NCBI GenBank assembly: GCA_000934665.2
Contig: JYFJ02001087.1
Span: 62,001-125,757, forward strand
Reading direction: 5' to 3'
DNA from: Catajapyx aquilonaris
Lineage: Eukaryota
DNA: 63,757 bases
Within the stretch, counting starts at the first letter, position 1. Each line of letters begins with the position of its first letter. Both the position numbers and the translations under genes were made by a program. The notes below the pieces were generated by a model. That model did no database searches and was not told where the DNA came from. It worked only from the letters and a program-made list of their open reading frames with translations. This document shows, one piece after another, positions 37,249-47,694 of the stretch.

Positions 37249-38415
37249 TTACAGCCGTTTAGTTGGTTTTGCTTGGCATATGAATGAACGGCTTGCAAAA
37301 CAAGGACTGTCGCTCCACAGCTGTGTCAGCAGGCCAAATGTAAGGCAATCTTCCGTATTATTGGCATCATCTGGCTGATTCAGACCCCAGAAGCTGGTGA
37401 CAAACACTCTTTTTCCGGATCCTAACCATGTCCAAGAGCCTTCTTCATGAGCATCACTTGCACCTAACCATACACCTACGTCATCTGTTGAGTGAGAATC
37501 TGAAAGACAAAAGTAACATTTGTCTTTGCACCTTTTTCTAAAATTCCTTTGGTTGATGTTTGGTTATACAACAGGAAGAGAATATTATGTTGGCATGTAT
37601 GATACCTGTGTTTTATGATATTAGCATACTTACATTTTGAATCATGTAGGAACACTTTCAGTTGAAGCCATTCAATCTCAGTGTGTATTTCCAGGAGATG
37701 ACCTCCTAGAGCCTGGCAGTATGAAGCCGAGTCTGACCAATTAGCAGTAAAGCCATTGCTGTAATATAAGCATCCAGACAGCCACGGTGTGAATGGAGCA
37801 GGGCAGATGGAACCTGCTTGTATACTGTCACAATGGCAATTTACTTCAGGTGGTCCTACGAGCACAGAGTCTTCATTTTTTCTGCATATGTAGTTATATT
37901 TTGATTCACAGATGTCATCATTCCACTTGTGGTGAGAGTCATATAATATTGTGAGGCAGTGTTGCTTCCCGTTGTCATTGCTTGGTTGGTTGGGACCCCA
38001 CGCTGTGTACAGAACACTTCTCTGGTTTGATTCCCAAATCCATTTGCCTTCCTGAACCATATCAGTAGCACCCAACCAGAAGGTCTTCCCCACTGTACAA
38101 ATGATAAACACAGATTAACAGTCTTGAATCAACCAACTGTCCCACCCAATATGGATATATGTTCACATAAGCAAACTTACGCTTTCGTGTATGCATTCGT
38201 AAGACGGTGTCCTCCTGAGGTGATTCAACTGTGGTCAAAATTGAATCATGTTGGCGACAACTCTCAACAGCATCCCACCAGGACAGTTTTTGGTCACTGA
38301 AGAAGTAACATCCTGTGGTGAGTTTTACAAATGGCGGATTGCACTCACTTTGTACATTGCTGACCACAATCAATAAAGCAACTGCGCTAATTAAAACAAC
38401 TCTACTTTTGGACAT
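37249..38415 (-). CDS. Secreted C-type lectin with two CTLDs (paralog 2, about 314 aa)
   Basis: Exons 38415-38181, 38092-37634, 37499-37249, with the same intron positions and phases as paralog 1. Signal peptide MSKSRVVLISAVALLIVVSNVQS. CTLD1 QPS...WND; last exon (missed by the ORF track) reads VWLGASDAHEEGSWTW...NQPDDANNTEDC...WSDSPC...FICQAKPTKRL-stop. AATAAA on the minus strand at 37195-37200. Confidence 0.92.
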
Positions 38416-38907
38416 TACGTTGACTATACTAGCTCATGTTGTGTTCTGCACATGTGCTTATGTACATATGACCTCTGCTGAGTCTGATAAGATTAAGTCG
38501 CCTGCATTCATATAATGGGGGAAAAACCATATGCATTTCCATGAATTAATGCAATCGAATGTCTTTGCAACATTCCTGGAAATTCAGTGCTCATTACAAC
38601 ATATTGCAATTTATATTTTTCCTCATTTTCCTCTTTGTCCTCATTGGTTCATTCACTCCGTCTGATGTTTGTCCGACCTGATAGTACCGCTATCTCTCAC
38701 ACGACCTGAGGGTGGCAGGAGCGTGCAGATGGAATATGCGCGCCATCTATGCGTGAAGAACAGTACTACGTGGACCGTCCCTCTCATACTGATTATAGGT
38801 TTTGTCAAAATTGTGCTAATTAGCACTAGTTATCACAGAAATCAGCAACTGAAGCTTACCCGGTACGTCAAAAAGTGCGTTTTGTATTTGGAGGGCAGAT
38901 CAATTCG

Positions 38908-39145
38908 ACGCATGCGCAGATGGCCTCTCTACCGCAATGTGTGTGTGAGTGTGTGAGAATGTGACAAATCCTGCCACCTGTCTGTCGGGTCCTGAACCAA
39001 ATGGAATCTGGATTGCCTGGAGAAAAAAAAAAAGAATTTAAAAAAAAAGCTGACTTTCCCCCATCACGTCACGTACACACAGTGCATACCGGCGCATGCG
39101 TAACTGCAGATTTCCAGTTCGATATGTTGGAATGTAGCGCATGCG
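38908..39145. promoter_or_regulatory. Probable Patj promoter with three NRF1/Ewg-like CGCATGCG sites
   Basis: ACGCATGCGCA 38908-38918, GCGCATGCG 39092-39100 and 39137-39145, just upstream of a probable non-coding first exon whose donor is at 39324. Confidence 0.5.
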
Positions 39146-39509
39146 TGTTGATCCCACCTGTTCCGAGTGTGAAAGTGTCATTTGACGTTTCAAAACCCGC
39201 TGGAACATACCACTCTGAAGTCAAGGTTGAGAACATGGCGGAGGATGCGGTGCTCCTTCATTAGCTGCATCTCGTTCCAGGGAGTGCGGCTGCCCCTCTG
39301 CTGCCACCACAGGGACACTCTGGGTGAGTACATGCATTCAGAATGGCCACGGAAAAAAAAATTGGGGGCAAGTTTGAGCAGGTGACAATAACATGAACAG
39401 GTGTATCTCCTGGTGATAACGTTTATCTGGATGTCACTGACCCTTTTTTTTCGTTTGGTGCATAGGTTTGGTGAGAGGTACTGCGAGGCTCTGAGCCCAG
39501 GAGGACAGG

Positions 39510-42500
39510 ATGCCGCTCACTGGAGGTACGTTACGGTCTGCGTAGTCAGGAGTAGCTGGCAGGTGGTTGCGGAATGCGATTCACTTGGAAAATGTTGCAC
39601 ACTTGTGAATCTATGATGAGGAAGGCATAGTTGTGGGTGTAATTGAGGTTGCATCATTATGGCATGTGACATGCACTGTACATGGCGATTATCACTAGCT
39701 TTGTAGACGGATGGAGTTAAAATGTGTGGTGGTATTTCGCTGAGATTATGGAAATAAAGCGTTTGTATTAAGAGTTATGTTTCTTCCTCAGATGTGGAGT
39801 CGGCCCTGCAGGTGCTGGAGTATGTCCAGCACAAGGTGATGAGCGGAGGGCTGGAGGGCACTGAGAGCAGGGTCATGAGCCAGGTCAACAATGACCTGAA
39901 TACCCTGATGTCAGTGCTGAGCAATCCTGTGTTTCAAGGGGTCTGCAGGATCCAGGTGAATTTTTAATTGGGCTTCTTAAGAGTGTAGAAAAGATGCACT
40001 GAAAAGATTTGCAATTTGTATTTATAACGCTTGAGTTGTTCCTGAAGTACTGGTGTCACACTTCTCTGGGCCTATTTTGAATGAGACTTCATTCAGAGCA
40101 GATGTGGATCATAGCCAGTATGGTAATATGATATGGAGGGGAAGTGGCAGTGCATAGGGAAAGGCTTGCATTACATATCTGTGTCCGTGCCAGTTAGAGT
40201 GTTGAGGTACTGGCAAAAGGTCATTTGGTGCATGCAGTTTGGTGTGGAACATGCTCAGGTTTCATTTCATGTCTGCAGTTGAAATTGGTATTAAAAATAC
40301 TAGGTCGTAATATAATACACTTAGGTGCCAGGGCGCCATGTGTTGAGTAATGAAGGATTTTTCAGTTATCAAAATGTACCATAGCTCAAAATATTTAGGA
40401 TGTATGTGATCTACTTGATAATATTAGGCTTAATGATATTAATGAACTTTCCATGTCCAAAAAACATTTGAGTGATTCACTTAAGATTACATTGCATTCA
40501 TTTTGTTTCAGGATTCGGTGTCTGAATTGAAAAACCAGTTGCAGCAGCACCCATCCATGGTTCCAGCAGACTTTGACATAACACCACAGGGTGAACTGGT
40601 GCTGAACAATTCAGCTACAATTGACCCATATGCAACTAGCTATGACCCGGAGCATCACTATGAGTTTGATGCCCAGGAGGCAGCCAAGTTGAAGAAGGGA
40701 TCCTCTACTGAAACCTCGCCAACTACTGTGAGAGTACTATTATTTTTGTTTAAAGTTCAAAAATTATCACACTAATTTCAACAGGCTGGAAGTCCTATGT
40801 CTTCACGCAACGATTTGAGCCAGCCTCCCATCACTACTCCCACCTATGCAAGGGAATTTCAGAAAGCCATCGAAGCTGCTGCTCATGGGAGAGATGTTCA
40901 TACTATTCAGGTACATTGCTTTGTTTATGACAGTAATGCCTAAAGCTATCTCACAGAATCATTTGACGTGGCAGATTCTACTATTCCCAGATATATGCCT
41001 GTCATCTTTTCTCTTTTTTAAAAATGTCACCATTGCTTGCACACCACATTTCAGCAATCATCTTCACTCTGGCATCCCAGAAATGCAGTAAAACTCCTGT
41101 TATTAGTACAGATACTACTTGTTTTATGCCTTGTCTCATTAATGACAGATCAAAAAAAACAACTTTTGAAAACATTTTTAGTCGGACAATTTTAAAAAAT
41201 TTGAAAAGAACAGAACAGTCGACACATGAACACATCACTGCAGCACTTGTGAATCCAAACTCACTACAGTATAGGCACTTTTTAAATTTTTCATTGTGCA
41301 TGGTGGCAGGATTTATAGCTATATTACAGTACTGTATGATTGGTCTCTGCCCTCCCCTCAGTACTCCACCCGTTGTTACAATGCAGTACGTGTACTGCAG
41401 TTCTTGCCAAATGTGGGAAAGGAATCCTCAGAACCTGATGACCCTCAACCTGAAACCTCCCATTAATGTGTATTAAATGTTTCAAATACTGATGAGCATT
41501 AAAGACATCAATATTAGGACTGTCTGTTGGAAAATTTTGGAAATTTTGGAACCAATCCCATTTACTTACATAACAATTTTCTCACAAGTTACACCTTTTC
41601 ACTTTATGGTAATATGTTGCTGGAACCAATCCCCAGCATAAAATGAGTACCTGTAGCTTCTTGCAGGCTGTTATAACTTTTACAAATTAGAGTGCCTTTT
41701 GTATGTATTGATGCTTTAATTTTTTGTACTGCTGCCGTGTCAAGTTCAGATTTACTAATAATCATAATAATCTTCATCATCATCGTTGTCATCATTGTCT
41801 TTATCGTCGTCGTCGTCGTCGTCATCATCTTCATCATCATTCACGACAATGTTACAGTGGAGAGATATGATCTATGGAAAAAACATTACCAATATTTTTC
41901 ACATGTTTTTTTTTTACCACAATAGATGGAGAACTAGTTTAATCCATTAGTTACATGTTCTTTTGTCATAGAAAGTAAAAAAACAATTTAAAGTAGTCTT
42001 TCAAAATTAAAATACATGGGCTGAGTCAAAAGTAATTGCACATATTTTTTATTCAAAAGATGGTAACACATACAGAGATGACCTTTACAGCGTTTTGAAG
42101 GTCCAGCGATTACAATTTGACCTCGTATATAGATGTTGCCCATAATCCAAGGGGGGGCAGGGAAACAAAAGGGGATCCGATCCTGACCACCCTCCCCACA
42201 CCCCCACCCCACCATCGCCCTAAGATGGCCCGAGCCTGACACGCTTGGAGCTGTTGGATGCTGCATGCAGGACATGCACGGCTATGGATAACACAGGAGC
42301 TTGCTTTCGAGTGTGGGACAAGTCAGAGCACTATGACTTGTCATCCACATCGACAATACCTTTTTTTAACCATCGCCCTCAATGCAATTGAGTTCCAAAT
42401 GTTTTTTTAGCGAGGGCAAAGCAGTACCACATTTTCACTTCAGAGAGAGGGTGATAACCCAGTGAGGACACCAACTTCCTGACACATTTCAGCCTTCCAG

Positions 42501-45500
42501 AGTCCTAAGCATAGTGCTCTGACATGTCCCACACTCGAAATCAATTTCCCATGTTGTCCAATGCCAAGTGTCTATGGGTGACATTTATATACCAGATAAA
42601 ATTGCAATTGTCGGAGCTTCAAAACTGAGCAAAGGTCATTTCTGTACGTGCTGCCGTTTTTGAATTTAAAAATACGTGCAATGACTTTTGGCTAAACCCA
42701 CTCATTAGAATACTGTCATTTTGAAATAGTGATGCAAAGAGAAAGAGCAACATTTGATTTTGCATCTACAATAGTTTCGTTCAAGATCCTGGTCAGGAAC
42801 AATGAGTTTGGGCTTCTGTAGCATATTTGTCATTTGCATGCCCAGGGGGGAAAAGATGCAGAAATGCATCATGATCCAGCACCTAAGTAACACATTTTTC
42901 AATGAATGAGTGAAAATACCATTGATGTAGCAACATCACAGAAAGTCACTGTTGTAAAGGACCTGTACTCTAAAACAAATGGGGAGAATTTACCAGGATG
43001 AATTTTAAACATCTAGCAAAAGGAAGCATTCATTCAACCATTTTGTTCTGTACCATTTTGTTCTCGTACAGTATCATTATAATCCAGGTTATGTGAGATT
43101 CCCTTCCTGCCGTGTTACTTTTTCCGAGTTCTTTCGTTTGTCACCATTGTTCAAAAACCTATGCTTTTCTGTCATTTTCTCCTGTGCCTTAGTTGACTTA
43201 ACTCACCCAGTAAACCAGACCACATGCAGGTCATATGTATCACGTGAGGGAATTTTGTCCGAGAGAGTGCAAACATGAGGAAAGCGTGGGTTTATAATAA
43301 CTACACACTAAATTTCTGGGGAAAAATCTTTCTTGTTCATTTTTTTAATTAAATGTTGAAATCAGGATGCAGTAAAACAACATGCTTCATGGCTCCAGGA
43401 ACTAAATACTTACAGCCAAAAGGGGCTCATGTCATTGTTTGCAGACCTCTTTGGTTATTGGCTTTTTCATGCGTGTTTGGATATTTCTTGGCATTTTTGG
43501 GACAATTTTGGACTTTTTAAAGTGCGTATGGACTGTAAAAAAGTTAGAATTTTCAGACATACCGGTAACATTAATTAGTACGACTGCTTATTAGAAATTA
43601 ATATCTTTTCCTACCAAATATTTTGGCCATATCTTTTCTGATTGATACCTGCGTGACTGTGGAGTGATTGCCCTTTCACGGAAAGAAGCTTACTTCTGCT
43701 ATGAGTAACATGTTTATCTTAAAAGAGACTTTTGAATATTTGTCAGGAATAGATTTAAATTTTCTGTGTGAACTGTTTCTGTTTTCTGTATGGAATTTGG
43801 AAATGTAGATATTTTAATAGTTAACAAACAGGTTTTTAATTCAGAGAAGTTGGATTTTGTTAGACTTTTTAGCAACTTGATGGAATTTTTAGAACCTAAA
43901 TACATTACTCTTTACATTGTATTACTTCATTAGTTCACATAATGGCCTGTCCCTAATTGTGGGTGTCAGCAATAATGGCTTCCTCGTTATCTTGTTGCTG
44001 AACTGTTAAGTCTTTGAAAATAACCAAATAACTTCTGAAATGTTGGAAACATCATGAACTGTAGGACACTGTTCTGTCACTCATTACATACCAAGCCTGT
44101 CAAAGAATTTCGTTTTTTTTGTGTGCTCAATTTTCTGAATTTTGGATTATGACTCTGCATCTAACTATCCATCTGGTTACCCTGCATCAGACCAGTCCGA
44201 CATGGTGATCTTCAGCACCAGTGTCTGGACTGTCTGCCCTATATAGATTTTGACAAAGCTATCTCCTGTAGGTATGGAAGCAGCTACAGTATTATGTTGA
44301 AGTATATTGACATGAAAATGGAAGCAATACTTTACACCAGAAAATATTTTAACCTGATTGATTTATGACATCTGGTTGCTGATATTGCCCTTCAGTATCA
44401 CTTTACCATGAGGCACATATTTATGGCTATACATATTAGGCACCATACACTAAAGTCAGAAAAATGGGAATGAAAATCATCACTATAGTGGCATCTGTCA
44501 CCATTTTAACTTGAAAATACTGTATTGCATGTGCATGTTGACCCATACCTCTTGGCTTTGCTTTCATGGTTTGTAATAAGCAACATTAAGAGCTATATTA
44601 ATTATAATTTATGCATTTATTTAAACTGGTAGCTGGGGTGAACTCGTGAACATTCCATAACATCTTCACCTACTCTGCCTCCAATATTTACCCGTCCACA
44701 CAAAGAATCTTGGAGTTGTGAAGATCTATTCACTTGTTGCAAACAGTTTTATTTGTTGGCAACCTCCTACCCATAACAGGCCTTTAGGAATATGAAATGT
44801 GTTAGGCTGCTTTTGACGTGGTCACAGCCACTGTATGTGCTGTCCACAATCAGTAATTAGCATAATGGCATACAGGCTTTCATTACCACTTGGCATTGCT
44901 CAAAGGCTCCTTGACATGCCATTCTCTTTGCATATGTAAAGCTTGCTCTGCAGTCACTCCCAATTTGCCATTGTTGTGCCTGTGTTCAATAATGAACAGG
45001 AAAGTAACAAGTTTTCAGTGCCCATCTCGATTCCTATACTGTAACAATTGGGGGGGCAGAATTTATAGTGGCGTGCGTTACTCTCCATACTGCTACATAC
45101 ATACATCACACACACTGCTGAGAAATTCAATTGCTATGTTTGCAGTGCTGGACTACAAAAATTTGGTCATCTAATTTCCGTGCACTTTGGAGTAATGAGG
45201 CAGCGCATTATAGCAAATGTACAGCAATAACTAATTTTCTGGCAGTGAGTAATTTTGTTTACATAATGTTATGTAGTCAGGAAACTTCAATTTTATGCGA
45301 GAGTGTTTTTTGGTGTGCCATTTATGTAAATGAACAAGGACTAGGGTTTGCACATGATCAAAGGAATTTGTAATGACATTTTGCTGTGGAACAGAAGTAC
45401 AAATGTCACTTCAAAGAGATTGCTTTGGTTTCTTTGTCTCATAGCTAATTACTGTTGCTGTTAATAATCAAGTGTGAAATTGCCTTCTGTAATGCCAGTG

Positions 45501-45896
45501 GAATTAATGAACTTGATTCCTATGAGGGTTTAATGCAAGATGTAGGATTTCAATAATATGCCCTACTTTATAACATGAGCATGGCTGTGATATTGTGCAT
45601 TACCTCAGGTGTATGATGAAATATGAAAAGCTCTCTGTTTAATGAAATTATATTCATTGTGTGGATTTGCAGAGAAGCACATTAATAATTTCACCCCATT
45701 AACTCCAATGTTAGAATTCTGTCAACTGCATGACTTGTTGCTTGTGTGGTCTGCTAATGAAAATGTATTTTCACTTCCAGTTGTACAAGCCTGAGGGCAG
45801 CAGCTTGGGTTTCAGTGTGGTTGGCCTCCGCAGCGAGGAAAAGGGAGAACTCGGGATCTTTGTGCAAGAAATACAGTCCACCGGAATTGCTGCCAG
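39510..45896 (+). CDS. Patj: Patj / multiple-PDZ polarity scaffold (L27 domain and start of PDZ1); 3'-partial
   Basis: Exons 39510-39525, 39792-39955, 40512-40727, 40785-40910, 45781-45896 join in frame: MPLTGDVESALQVLE...LMSVLSNPVFQGVCRIQDSVSELKNQLQQHPSMVPADFDI...LYKPEGSSLGFSVVGLRSEEKGELGIFVQEIQ. This closely resembles the Drosophila Patj N-terminus as I recall it. No following exon was recognised in the window. Confidence 0.9.
41757..41842. repeat. Compound trinucleotide microsatellite (AAT/ATC/GTC)
   Basis: Runs of atc atc, gtc gtc gtc and tca tca in a Patj intron. Confidence 0.75.
42280..42565. mobile_element. MITE/foldback-like element with long terminal inverted repeats
   Basis: TTTCGAGTGTGGGACAAGTCAGAGCACTATG (42305-42335) pairs with CATAGTGCTCTGACATGTCCCACACTCGAAA (42510-42540), 30/31; weaker complementarity continues outward for about 25 bp. 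Confidence 0.65.
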
Positions 45897-45960
45897 GTAG
45901 GATGCATGTGGTTTAAATCATTGATTAATTTCATGTAGACTATATAGAATAGGCAAAGCT

Positions 45961-46311
45961 GGGGAGGTGTGGTGGCCGAGATGGTAACGTCTCGGCTTGC
46001 TGAGTGAAAGGCCCCAGGTTCGATCCCCCGCCTGGGGAACTTTCCTTTCACCTGCGTCAGGAGGGTCTCTGACCTGCACCAAGGAGGTGTCTGGCAACCT
46101 AACCTCCTGGGGAACAGCACATGACCCATTTGTAGACATTGCACTTGCACCTATGTTCCCTCCCCAAAAAAATCCCTACCCTTACCCCATGTCCTTTCAT
46201 CCTTGCACCGGAGTTAGAAGAAAAATAGAAAATTGAAGGAAAAATGGTGGTATTCCACTCCCCTATAAGGGCCTATGGCCCTATCACGGGGTACATAAAA
46301 AAAAAAAAAAA
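45961..46311 (+). mobile_element. Full-length tRNA-derived SINE
   Basis: Pol III A box TGGCCGAGATGG (45973-45984), B box GGTTCGATCCC (46017-46027), 3' hairpin, poly(A) tail, perfect target-site duplication AGAATAGGCAAAGCT at 45946-45960 and 46312-46326. Confidence 0.9.
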
Positions 46312-46404
46312 AGAATAGGCAAAGCTGTTTTCAAAGGAGGAAATTATTATAGTAGCTGGTTATACATATTGTTATACGTACTTATTGTGAAGGGGACTAA
46401 ATAA

Positions 46405-46459
46405 TAATAATAATAATATTTTTTATTGACGCCCTGGGATATTATCCCTTTTGCCGGGG
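46405..46459 (-). mobile_element. Extremely 5'-truncated non-LTR retroposon insertion
   Basis: 55 bp flanked by the 14-bp direct repeat AGGGGACTAAATAA (46391-46404, 46460-46473). On the minus strand it reads hairpin GGGAT-AAT-ATCCC, then AATAAA, then a (TTA)n tail. Confidence 0.65.
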
Positions 46460-46784
46460 AGGGGACTAAATAAGTCTGTTAATATCATCACTATATATTA
46501 ATGACAAACATTTCTTTAATGGCATGGCAGGCGAGGTGGGATACCATGCCATACACCAATGAATCAAACCAGGGATACTAGAGTCCGGCTGGCGGGGGGG
46601 GGAGATGATTAGATCGCACTCCTAGGAAGGTTACCAAGCAAACATTAGCATAATAGATTGCCTATTTGGAGAGGAACTCAATCAAAGGGCTCATTTAAAA
46701 TCAGATAATGGGACCGTCCATAAATTATGCATTACTATGTAGCAACCGCACCACTGATGTGCATGTCATGTCATTTTCCAAATA

Positions 46785-47694
46785 CGAGGGCTGTTCAAAA
46801 AAAGACCTAACTTTTTATATAGCGTGTCAACCGGCACAAAGAGCATATTGCTGCTACTAACAGCACCTAGCGACATGTCTTGACAACAAATTGCCATTTG
46901 CCACGTTCAGATATGACCATTGGTCATCGAGATACATCCACTTAAGTGAGCACTTGGACGAGCTGTTCTTCGAATTAGTGAGAAAGTGAAATGAGAGAGT
47001 TTGAGAAACAACGTGTTTGTGTGAAGTTTTGCAAAGAAATTGGTAAAATTTTTACAGACATTAAATTGCGTTACCAAGCGTACTTGGGAAGGGTCTCCCC
47101 GACCAAAAGAGGCACAGATCCGTCAGTCAAAGGTCTAGGTGGTAATGGTTGTGTTTTTGGATTGGAAAGGCATTTTTCTTTATGAATTTGGACCATGTTC
47201 TCAGATTGGAAGACAAACAGTGTTGTACCATAATATTTTAGTGCGGTTGAGATATTCTGTGCCCAGGAAAGGCCTAAATTGTGGGAAAGCCCGACTTGGA
47301 TATTGCACCATGCGGCGCCATGGCAATGCGCCGGCTCACACATTGCTCCTCTTGATCATTATCTGGCAACACATCAGACATCCGTTGTGTCAATCTACCC
47401 AATTCTCCGGACTTAGCCCCACTAGACTTTTTGCTATATTCAAAACTTAAAACCAATTTGAATGACGTCATTTCCGAACCATATAGAGGCGATTCAGGAC
47501 AATGGAACAAGAGCACTGGGCGCCATCACAGAAAGTGCATTCCAGGAAGCATTCCAACAATGGAAGAAAAAATTTAAAACTGTATACCGCCATTAGAGGG
47601 AACTAGCTTGAAGGGGACAGTGTTTAAAATGTTGCAAATTAAGCAATAAAGTGTGTATATAGGAAAAGTTCAGTCTTTTTGTGAACAGCCCTCG
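46785..47694 (+). mobile_element. Decayed, internally deleted mariner DNA transposon
   Basis: 31-bp TIRs CGAGGGCTGTTCA(A/C)AAAAAGAC..AACTTTT (28/31 identical), TA on both flanks (46783-46784, 47695-47696). Frameshifted transposase remnants: QRVCVKFCKEIGK, VVFLDWKGIFLYEF, HGNAPAH, and a YSPDLAP-like stretch near 47400. At 910 bp it is shorter than a typical 1.3 kb mariner. Confidence 0.9.

Noticed and set aside
31270..38415. Functional immune cluster of GRP94 plus lectins
   Set aside because: Adjacency alone is not evidence; the genes are convergent and have different promoter motifs.
45961..46040. tRNA gene
   Set aside because: A and B boxes are present but there is no proper acceptor stem; it continues into a body, poly(A) tail and TSD, so it is a SINE head.
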